Below are positions 26,912-35,527 of a stretch of 64,000 bases of DNA, piece by piece. The stretch is from Sphingobacterium sp. (GTDB lineage Bacteria > Bacteroidota > Bacteroidia > Sphingobacteriales > Sphingobacteriaceae). The stretch covers positions 4,342 through 68,341 of the forward strand of contig JBMDWK010000025.1 in the NCBI GenBank assembly GCA_048595255.1. The letters are read 5' to 3'. The notes below the pieces were generated by a model that was not told the DNA's origin, ran no database searches, and was given only the letters and a program-made list of their open reading frames with translations. The stretch's first letter is position 1; each line of letters begins with the position of its first letter. Position numbers and translations under genes: made by a program.

Positions 26912-28663
26912 ATGAACACTGCCAAAACAGCCAATTTAATTCTTACTTTGTTTCTTACCAACACTGTCCTAATGGCGCAAGACTTATATCAACACACTAC
27001 ACCTATTGAACCGCTTGTGATTCAATATGGCCATGATCAGCAAGCTATCAATTACTTTTATGGCCCTATGCCCAAAGGTTGGGGCTATCAACAAGCTGCA
27101 GAGTCACCTGAGCAGATTCAGCGTCTCATCACTTTGGATAATGAATATCTTCGAAAGTTAAAAGATTTCCCTTATTCTCAATTGAATACCAATGGGCAGG
27201 TTGATTATATTTTACTTGATCGTAAGGTGAAATTTGATTTGGAAGCCTTGCAAGAGCAGTTGAAAACCTATGAACGATTGAAAAGTTATGTGCCCTTTGA
27301 TCATATAATCTATGACTTCGAAAAACTTAGAAGACGAGGTACATCGATAAATGGAGAAGAAATAGCGGGAAATTTACAGCATGCCATTAAGCTAGTTAAA
27401 GAAGCTTCTGAAAAATTAAATAATGTAGATGCTATTCCATATGCAGATGTAGGTTTTCTAAAAGAGGTTATTAACTCCTTAAAGCTTCGGTTAACGAGTG
27501 CCTTTGATTTCTATAATGAATACGATCCCCTATTCACTTGGTGGGTACCGGCGCCCTACCAACAGTTATCGGAAGAATTGAACAATTACAGTAAATTGAT
27601 CACCGAAAAGAGCGATTGGAAAGTATTTAATGATGGAAGTAATATTGGAGGTGCTCCAATCGGAAAACAAGCATTCAACAAGCAATTAAAAGATGAAATG
27701 ATTGCTTACACCACAGATGATTTGCTTCGGTTAGCAGAACAAGAATTCGCATGGTGTGAAGCAGAACTTTTAAAAGCTTCACAGGAAATGGGCTTCGGCA
27801 AAGATTGGAAAGCAGCACAAGAAAAAGTTAAAAACACGTATGTTCCTGAAGGAAAGCAACCAGAGCTGATCCTAAAATTATATAACGATGCGCAAGAGTT
27901 TATCCGTAAGCATGATCTGATGGATATTCCAGCACTGGCTGATGAAACTTGGGGAATGATAATGATGACTGCAGAGCGGCAATTGGTGAATCCCTTTTTT
28001 ACAGGTGGACGTGAAATCAGTATTTCGTATCCAACGAATACCATGACACAAGAGCAAAAACTGATGAGTATGCGCGGGAATAATCCTTACTTTTCCCGTG
28101 GAACGGTACAGCATGAACTAAATCCTGGTCATCACTTACAATATTTCATGAATAGAAGATACAAACCTTACCGTGAAAGAGCTTTCAATACGCCATTCTG
28201 GACAGAGGGATGGACCTTGTACTGGGAGTTATTGATGTACGAAAAAGGTTTTGCAAACACGCCAGAAGAAAGAATCGGTATGTTGTTTTGGCGTATGCAC
28301 CGTTGTGCACGAATCACCTTTAGTATCAAATTCCATTTGGGAGAATGGACACCGCAGCAATGTATAGATTATTTGGTAGATAGGGTAGGTTTTGAGCGTG
28401 CGAATGCGCATGGAGAGGTTAAACGTTCATTTGAGGGCTCATATGGTCCATTATACCAATTGGCGTATTTGGTGGGAGGCTTACAAATGATGAGTATTAA
28501 AAAAGAAGTGGTAGATACCGGAAAAATGACTTACAAAGAATTCCATGATCGTGTGATTAAGGAAAATTATATGCCCTTAGAGATGTTACGCGCGATTTTG
28601 ACTGATCAAAAGCTAGCGCCCGATCATCAGACATCTTGGAAGTTTTATCAATTTAAAAGATAA
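26912..28663 (+). CDS. DUF885-family protein (putative zinc metallopeptidase)
   Basis: N-terminal signal-like segment; 'HELNPGHHLQ', 'EGWTLYWE', 'YQLAYLVG' motifs. Confidence 0.75.
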   Translation: MNTAKTANLILTLFLTNTVLMAQDLYQHTTPIEPLVIQYGHDQQAINYFYGPMPKGWGYQQAAESPEQIQRLITLDNEYLRKLKDFPYSQLNTNGQVDYILLDRKVKFDLEALQEQLKTYERLKSYVPFDHIIYDFEKLRRRGTSINGEEIAGNLQHAIKLVKEASEKLNNVDAIPYADVGFLKEVINSLKLRLTSAFDFYNEYDPLFTWWVPAPYQQLSEELNNYSKLITEKSDWKVFNDGSNIGGAPIGKQAFNKQLKDEMIAYTTDDLLRLAEQEFAWCEAELLKASQEMGFGKDWKAAQEKVKNTYVPEGKQPELILKLYNDAQEFIRKHDLMDIPALADETWGMIMMTAERQLVNPFFTGGREISISYPTNTMTQEQKLMSMRGNNPYFSRGTVQHELNPGHHLQYFMNRRYKPYRERAFNTPFWTEGWTLYWELLMYEKGFANTPEERIGMLFWRMHRCARITFSIKFHLGEWTPQQCIDYLVDRVGFERANAHGEVKRSFEGSYGPLYQLAYLVGGLQMMSIKKEVVDTGKMTYKEFHDRVIKENYMPLEMLRAILTDQKLAPDHQTSWKFYQFKR

Positions 28664-28668
28664 ACCAG

Positions 28669-30081
28669 ATGGAAGCGGAAAAACCAATCTTTAAAAAATC
28701 ACTGACGCTTTTGGATGCTACCATGCTGGTGGTGGGTAGCATGATTGGCTCAGGAATTTTTATTGTGACAGCGGATATTGTACGTAATACTGGTTCAGCA
28801 GGATGGATGATGATAATCTGGACAATAAGTGGTATTATGACTTTGATTGCCGCAATAACCTATGGAGAGCTGAGTGCGATGTTTCCAAAAGCAGGAGGTC
28901 AGTATGTCTATTTACGTGAAGCGTACAATCCTTTAGTGAGTTTTGTGTTTGGCTGGACATTTTTTGCAGTTATTCAGACAGCGACAATTGCTGCGGTGGG
29001 GGTAGCTTTTGCCAAATTTACAGCGTATCTGTTTCCCGTATTGGACGAAGACGTGATATTGCTCACGTTAGGGAGTTTCAAAATTTCTTCTGCTCAACTC
29101 TTATCTATAGGTATTATTTTGGTTTTGACATTTATTAATTCAAGAGGTGTCAATGCGGGGAAATGGGTGCAGACGAGTGTTACGTTGTTCAAATTATTAA
29201 GCTTGTCTTTGTTAGTATTATTTGGGTTCTTAGCCTTCAAGCATGAGGTTTGGAATCTGAATTGGCTATCCGCGGACACCTGGACTCTACGCAAACTAAA
29301 CCTTGATGGCTCATTTGAAAACTACAGTACATTCGCCGCTTTAGGCGCTATATCTGCTGCAATGGTAGGGGCACTTTTCAGCAGTGACTCTTGGCATTCT
29401 TCTTCAGCTGTTGCAGGAGAAATAAAGAATCCACAACGAAATATAGGATTAAGTCTGGCTTTAGGAACAATAATCGTAACCATAATTTATCTGCTCACTA
29501 ATCTGATGTACAGTACCGTGCTGGATCTCAATACGATGATCAATGCCCCGAAAGATCGTGTTGCGATGAGCGTAGCACAGGAAATTTTTGGTCCTGTGGG
29601 AATTACTATTCTGGCTATTATGATCATGATTAGCACATTTGGCTGTAACAATGGATTAATTATGGCAGGGGCTAGAGTGTATTATTCAATGGCTGAAGAT
29701 GGATTATTCTTCAAGAAGGCTAAAGGTTTGAATACGTATTCTGTTCCCGGGTATGCGTTATGGATACAAGGATTAGTTTCTTCGCTTTGGTGTTTAAGTG
29801 GTAAATATGGGGATTTACTCGATATGATAACATGTGTAGTGGTGGTATTCTATGTGTTAGCGATTTATGGTGTGATTCGTTTACGAAAGAAAAAACCTAA
29901 TTTAGAACGCCCTTATAAAGCTTTTGGGTATCCGATACTGCCTATACTTTATATAATCATGGGAATGGCTTTTATCATTTCCCTCATATTATTCAAACCA
30001 ACTTATACAATTTTGGGAGCCGTAATAGCACTATTGGGCATTCCCATATATTACCTTATAAAATCTAAGCAACATGATTAG
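28669..30081 (+). CDS. APC-family amino acid permease
   Basis: 'GSMIGSGIF', 'ELSAMFPKAGGQYVYL', about 12 hydrophobic segments. Confidence 0.92.
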   Translation: MEAEKPIFKKSLTLLDATMLVVGSMIGSGIFIVTADIVRNTGSAGWMMIIWTISGIMTLIAAITYGELSAMFPKAGGQYVYLREAYNPLVSFVFGWTFFAVIQTATIAAVGVAFAKFTAYLFPVLDEDVILLTLGSFKISSAQLLSIGIILVLTFINSRGVNAGKWVQTSVTLFKLLSLSLLVLFGFLAFKHEVWNLNWLSADTWTLRKLNLDGSFENYSTFAALGAISAAMVGALFSSDSWHSSSAVAGEIKNPQRNIGLSLALGTIIVTIIYLLTNLMYSTVLDLNTMINAPKDRVAMSVAQEIFGPVGITILAIMIMISTFGCNNGLIMAGARVYYSMAEDGLFFKKAKGLNTYSVPGYALWIQGLVSSLWCLSGKYGDLLDMITCVVVVFYVLAIYGVIRLRKKKPNLERPYKAFGYPILPILYIIMGMAFIISLILFKPTYTILGAVIALLGIPIYYLIKSKQHD

Positions 30082-32308
30082 AAAAATATTAATTATAATT
30101 CTGTTTATTGCAAATGTAGGGGCTGCTGCTGCTCAGGGAACGTTAGCAGATTATCAGCGTTCTAAAAAGTTTCGGGAGGCATTGGCTGATATTTATTACA
30201 TTCCCACTAATATAAAGTGGAATAAGGGCGGAAATGCTTTTTTATATGAACAGCGGACACCGCAAGGAAGAGAATTTGTATGGGTAGATGTTGCAGCACG
30301 CAAGAAGGAGGCCTTGTTTGACATTAGGTTGTTAGCCGAGCAGCTAGATAAGCAGTCTGGGCAACAGTTAGATATTAATTTGTTAAGTGGCTTTACAACC
30401 AAATTGTTGGGTAAAGACACGGTCGAGTTTACTTACAAAAATGCAATATGGCAATGGAATAGAATATCTTCAAACTTGAAGAAAGTTCGTGATGTAGAAG
30501 AAAATCCGAGGTCGGGAGGTTATTGGGGGCAGCGTCGGGATGATACCCAAGGCAGACCTGTGGTATCACCTGATAAAAAGAAAACAGCTTATATCAAAAA
30601 CCATAACTTGTATTTTGCTCTCGTGGATGATCCAAAATCGGAAAAGCAACTGACTTATGATGGCAATCCCGGCGAATATTATGCCGCCAATATACAATGG
30701 TCCCCCGATAGTAAAAAAATTGCTGGTTCGCGTGTGACCAAACAGGACGTGCGAATATTAACACTATTGGAATCTTCTCCAGCAGATCAATTACAGCCTA
30801 AACTGCAAACGCGTCATTATGCAAAACCTGGTGATGCATTGCCTCAATACTATCCCGTGATTTGTAATATCGAAACGAATAAGGTTTTTGCTATTGACAA
30901 GCAATTTGTAGACAATCAATTTTCCCTCGGATATGCTTCATGGCGGCAGGATAGTAAAAGTGTGACTTTTGAATTTAATAAACGTGGACATCAGCAATAT
31001 GCGATAGTGAAGCTGGACGCTGAAACGGGACAAAGTAAGTATATAATTAATGAGGTAAGCAACACGTTTATTGATTACAGTGGCAAGAAATTTAGATATG
31101 ATGTTAATGATGGAAAGGAAATCATTTGGTCATCAGAAAGAAATGGCTGGAATCATCTATACCTTTTTGACGGAGAATCTGGACAAATAATTAATCAGAT
31201 TACTGAAGGTGAATGGGTAGTAAGGAAAGTTGTAAATGTAGATGAGAAAAATCGTCAGATTATCTTTGAAGGGAGTGGACGTAATAAAAAGGAAGATCCT
31301 TATTTAATTCACTATTACAAAGTGGGTTTTGACGGTAAGAATTTGAAAGAACTTACCAAAGAAGAGGCAAACCATACTGCCTATTTCAATGAAGATTTCT
31401 CGTATTTTGTAAATCAATATTCCCTGATCAATAAAGTTCCTGTAACTGTATTACGGGATGGATCTGGAAAGGTGGTCATGGAGTTAGAAAGTGGAAATGT
31501 ATCTAAATTGCAAGACTTTGGCTGGAGAGCGCCTGAAGTGTTCACGGCAAAAAGCAGAGATAACAAATTTGATATCTGGGGAATTATCGTTCGTCCTACG
31601 AATTTCGACCCTTCCAAAAAATACCCAGTGATTGAGTATATTTATGCAGGGCCCCACAGTTCCTTTGTGCCTAAAACATTCAACGCAAACCCGAGTGGTA
31701 TGCAAGAACTTGCAGAATTAGGATTCATTGTGGTGCAAATAGATGGAATGGGGACATCCAATCGATCCAAAGAATTTCATAATGTAGCCTGGAAAAATTT
31801 GAAAGACGCAGGCTTTCCGGATCGTATAAAATGGATACAAGCAGCTGCTCAAAAGTATAATTACTTGGATATTGAGCGGGTAGGTATTTATGGTACTTCT
31901 GCGGGAGGCCAAAGCTCCACTGGTGGCGTATTATTCCATCCCGAATTTTATAAAGTGGCTGTATCTTCTTGTGGTTGTCATGATAATAGAATGGACAAAA
32001 TTTGGTGGAATGAACAGTGGATGGGCTGGCCTGTCGGTCCTGAATATGCTGAATGTTCTAATATTGAAAATGCTTACCGCTTACAAGGTAAATTGATGTT
32101 GATTGTGGGTGAATTGGATGATAATGTTGATCCATCATCTACGTATCAATTAACTAATGCATTGATCAAAGCAAACAAAGATCACGAACTGATTGTAGTA
32201 CCAGGAATGGGGCACTCTTCGGGAGGAGACTACGGAGAAAGAAAACGTCGCGACTTCTTCGTAAAAAATCTTCATGGTGTAACTCCCCCTGCTTGGAACA
32301 CATATTAA
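30074..32308 (+). CDS. S9B (DPP-IV-like) prolyl oligopeptidase, secreted/periplasmic
   Basis: Signal peptide, beta-propeller region, catalytic triad GTSAGG / LDDNV / GMGH. Confidence 0.9.
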   Translation: MIRKILIIILFIANVGAAAAQGTLADYQRSKKFREALADIYYIPTNIKWNKGGNAFLYEQRTPQGREFVWVDVAARKKEALFDIRLLAEQLDKQSGQQLDINLLSGFTTKLLGKDTVEFTYKNAIWQWNRISSNLKKVRDVEENPRSGGYWGQRRDDTQGRPVVSPDKKKTAYIKNHNLYFALVDDPKSEKQLTYDGNPGEYYAANIQWSPDSKKIAGSRVTKQDVRILTLLESSPADQLQPKLQTRHYAKPGDALPQYYPVICNIETNKVFAIDKQFVDNQFSLGYASWRQDSKSVTFEFNKRGHQQYAIVKLDAETGQSKYIINEVSNTFIDYSGKKFRYDVNDGKEIIWSSERNGWNHLYLFDGESGQIINQITEGEWVVRKVVNVDEKNRQIIFEGSGRNKKEDPYLIHYYKVGFDGKNLKELTKEEANHTAYFNEDFSYFVNQYSLINKVPVTVLRDGSGKVVMELESGNVSKLQDFGWRAPEVFTAKSRDNKFDIWGIIVRPTNFDPSKKYPVIEYIYAGPHSSFVPKTFNANPSGMQELAELGFIVVQIDGMGTSNRSKEFHNVAWKNLKDAGFPDRIKWIQAAAQKYNYLDIERVGIYGTSAGGQSSTGGVLFHPEFYKVAVSSCGCHDNRMDKIWWNEQWMGWPVGPEYAECSNIENAYRLQGKLMLIVGELDDNVDPSSTYQLTNALIKANKDHELIVVPGMGHSSGGDYGERKRRDFFVKNLHGVTPPAWNTY

Positions 32309-32323
32309 AAAACAGATTTTATA

Positions 32324-32354
32324 AAAGAAAGATTCCACATAGGAATCTTTTTTT
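32324..32354 (+). terminator. Intrinsic terminator ending the Hyp operon
   Basis: AAAGATTCC-acata-GGAATCTTT followed by Ts. Confidence 0.8.
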
Positions 32355-32481
32355 GTTGTAGATCAGTAAATATGTGCAAAATGTATCTATATATACATGA
32401 CGATTTCATGGTGTAATACACTGCGTTTCTTTTTAAGAAGTAAGTGTTGCGTGCCTATGTTTATCTTATTGTACCAAAAAA

Positions 32482-32546
32482 GTTAAAATGATGCTGTGAT
32501 AGGATAAAATAATTGTAAAAATGACACGTAATCGTGGGTAATTTTA
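32482..32546 (+). promoter_or_regulatory. susC2 promoter: direct-repeat site plus degenerate -7 box
   Basis: GTTAAAAT (32482) and GATAAAAT (32503); TAATTTTA at 32539. Confidence 0.65.
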
Positions 32547-32570
32547 ATATGCGATTTAAAACTCAAGGTT

Positions 32571-35516
32571 ATGAAAAGAATTATACTATTATTACTTCTA
32601 ACCTTTAACGTCATTTCTTATTGTATAGCACAGCAGAAAATCATGTTAAAAGGTAAAGTTGTCACGTCGAATGGAGAAGCTGTAGCGGGAGCAACGGTTA
32701 GTTTACAAGGTACATCTACTCAAACATCAACAGATACGGATGGTCTTTTTTCCATCGAGTACGCCAACCCAAGTACAGTTGTAGTCACAGCCATTGGATA
32801 TAACACATATCAAACTGCTCTAAATGGACAAACTACACTTTCTTTTCAACTGGAAGCCTCTTCAGAATCGATAGAACAAGTCGTGGTAGTAGGATATGGT
32901 ACCCAAAAAAGAGGAGAGGTGACGAGTTCGATTGCGAGTGTGCGTGCTGAGGATTTTACGAAAGGTGCTATCAAAGATGCGGGCCAATTAATCCAAGGTA
33001 AGGTAGCGGGTTTACGTGTTACTACTCCAAATGGTGACCCCAATGGTATAACTCAAATTAATTTGAGAGGTTTGAATTCTATTAATGGTTCTCAAAATCC
33101 ATTGGTTATTATCGATGGAATTCCTGGGAATATTAACACCGTGGCTCCTGAAGATATTGAGTCCGTAGATGTATTGAAAGATGGTTCAGCAGCGGCTATT
33201 TACGGTACACGTGCTACGAGCGGTGTGATTCTGATTACGACGCGCAGAAATACCTCTAAAGAAAGCAAATCTACTGTCGAATATAATAATTATGTGAATT
33301 GGCAAACGCTTTTCAGAAAGCCAGAAATGCTTACAGCTGATGATTATAGAAGATTAATAGGTGAAGGTAAAACATATGAAGATCTAGAAAGTAATACAAA
33401 TTGGGTAGACGAGGTCACCCAAAGTCCAGTAAGCCATAATCATAATTTGATTTTTTTTGGAGGAAATGCACAAACTAACTTTACCGGAACTGTAAATTAC
33501 AGAAACTGGGAAGGGGTGTTATTGAAAAGTGGCCAAGACCGTTTAAATCTTCGTGCGAATTTGAATCATGACATGTTTGATGGTAAGGTAAAAACCAATA
33601 TTCAGGTGATGAATCAAAGCATTAAAGCACTGCAAGGAGGTTCTTCGGATTACATGTGGAGACAAGCCATTATTCGCAATCCTACTGATGCTATTTATAA
33701 TACAGCAGGCAAATGGCAAGAAAGAAATGCGTATATGTATGATAACCCTTTGGGTATGATTCATGAAACGATAAATGATCGCATCTGGCGTGAAACACGT
33801 ATGAATGGTTCGGTGGATTATAGACCCATTAGAGATTTAAGCATCAAAGCCTTGATGTCTCGTGTACAAACAAATGATTTGTACGGAAATGCCACATCTT
33901 TTGACCATGTCAATACAACAAAAAACAACTTAAATGGTACGGCTTCGCGATCTACTAATGCGGATGTAGAGAATCTATTGGAATTGACCGCCAACTTTTC
34001 AAAGACTCTGGGTGACCATAAACTTGGTGGATTGGTAGGATACAGTTATCAAGATAATACAGCAGAAAATTTTTATGCCTATAACTTTGACTTCCCTACA
34101 GATAATTACACCTATAATAAATTGGAAGCTGGTACAGCGTTACAACGTGGTATGGCTACCATGACCAGTTACAAAAGCGAATGGAAATTAGCAGGATTCT
34201 TCGCACGTGCCACATATAGTTTTAAAGAGAAATATATGGCTATGGCTTCTATTCGTCGTGAAGGTTCATCTACTTTCGGTGAGAATAATAAATGGGGTAA
34301 TTTTCCAGCGGTCTCAGTAGGTTGGGATATATCAAAAGAAGACTTCTTACTTGATAACGGAAGTATCAACCAATTGAAATTAAGAGCAGGATTTGGTGTG
34401 ACAGGTACTATTGCATCCTCCTCATACATGTCCCAGACCAGTTATAATTTTGATAGAGGACAAGGAGCATATATCAATGGCCGATGGGTGCCGGGATTTG
34501 TTCCTGTACGTAATTTTAACCCGGATCTACGCTGGGAGAAAAAACAAGAATACAATTTTGGTATAGATTATAGTTTATTCAATAATCGTGTGTATGGTTC
34601 ATTGGATTATTATTCTAGACAGATTAAAGACCTCTTATACCAATTTAACGTTCCCTCTCCACCGTATTTGTATTCAAGCATGATGCTAAATGCGGGTGAG
34701 CTGAGTAATCGGGGTTTTGAAATGCTAGTGAATGTCAACGCTATTCAAAAAGATACCTTCAAATGGCGTTCAGGAATCACTCTCTCTACAAATAAAAATA
34801 AATTATCAAATTTATCCAACGACAAATTCAACGTCACAGTACCATTTTTTGACGCAGGCTATACAGGAGAGCCTATTCAGACTTCAACACATCGTGTAGA
34901 AGTAGGTCGCGCGGTGGGAGATTTCTTTGTATGGAAGACTGTAGGTGTCGACGACGACGGCAAATGGTTGGTGGAAAACAAGGAGGGGGAAACTATTTCT
35001 CTTGCGAATGCTGGTCCTGATGATAGACAATACTATGGTAATGGTATCCCAGATTTTAATTTGGGATGGAATAATAGCTTTATGTATAAAAATGTGGATT
35101 TGAGCTTCAGTTTCAGAGGTGCCTTCGGTCACCAAATCCTAAATATGACGCGCATGTATTATGAAAATCCTATTAATAAAGCATACAATGTTTTAAAAAC
35201 AGCTTATGACCCCGTATATGGTAAGACCTTGAATAACGATCTAGTGTATGTTTCTCATTATATCGAAGATGGTGATTATTTGAAATTGGATAATTTAACT
35301 ATAGGATACACTTTTCCTCAGCAACTCATCAAAGGGGTTTCAGCATTACGTGTGTATGCATCAGGATTAAACTTACTCACTATCACAAACTACAAAGGTT
35401 TGGATCCAGAAGCGACGAGTTTCTCGGGTGACTTTACTTTCGCTCCAGGTATAGAGCATAGAGATAGATATCCTACTACTAGAACTTTCACTGCAGGTCT
35501 TAATGTTTCATTCTAA
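32571..35516 (+). CDS. susC: SusC/RagA TonB-dependent transporter (pair 2)
   Basis: 'VVVGYGTQK', 'PLVIIDGIP', 'DGSAAAIYGTRA', 'LRWEKK', C-terminal F. Confidence 0.95.
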   Translation: MKRIILLLLLTFNVISYCIAQQKIMLKGKVVTSNGEAVAGATVSLQGTSTQTSTDTDGLFSIEYANPSTVVVTAIGYNTYQTALNGQTTLSFQLEASSESIEQVVVVGYGTQKRGEVTSSIASVRAEDFTKGAIKDAGQLIQGKVAGLRVTTPNGDPNGITQINLRGLNSINGSQNPLVIIDGIPGNINTVAPEDIESVDVLKDGSAAAIYGTRATSGVILITTRRNTSKESKSTVEYNNYVNWQTLFRKPEMLTADDYRRLIGEGKTYEDLESNTNWVDEVTQSPVSHNHNLIFFGGNAQTNFTGTVNYRNWEGVLLKSGQDRLNLRANLNHDMFDGKVKTNIQVMNQSIKALQGGSSDYMWRQAIIRNPTDAIYNTAGKWQERNAYMYDNPLGMIHETINDRIWRETRMNGSVDYRPIRDLSIKALMSRVQTNDLYGNATSFDHVNTTKNNLNGTASRSTNADVENLLELTANFSKTLGDHKLGGLVGYSYQDNTAENFYAYNFDFPTDNYTYNKLEAGTALQRGMATMTSYKSEWKLAGFFARATYSFKEKYMAMASIRREGSSTFGENNKWGNFPAVSVGWDISKEDFLLDNGSINQLKLRAGFGVTGTIASSSYMSQTSYNFDRGQGAYINGRWVPGFVPVRNFNPDLRWEKKQEYNFGIDYSLFNNRVYGSLDYYSRQIKDLLYQFNVPSPPYLYSSMMLNAGELSNRGFEMLVNVNAIQKDTFKWRSGITLSTNKNKLSNLSNDKFNVTVPFFDAGYTGEPIQTSTHRVEVGRAVGDFFVWKTVGVDDDGKWLVENKEGETISLANAGPDDRQYYGNGIPDFNLGWNNSFMYKNVDLSFSFRGAFGHQILNMTRMYYENPINKAYNVLKTAYDPVYGKTLNNDLVYVSHYIEDGDYLKLDNLTIGYTFPQQLIKGVSALRVYASGLNLLTITNYKGLDPEATSFSGDFTFAPGIEHRDRYPTTRTFTAGLNVSF

Positions 35517-35527
35517 CCCTTACTATT

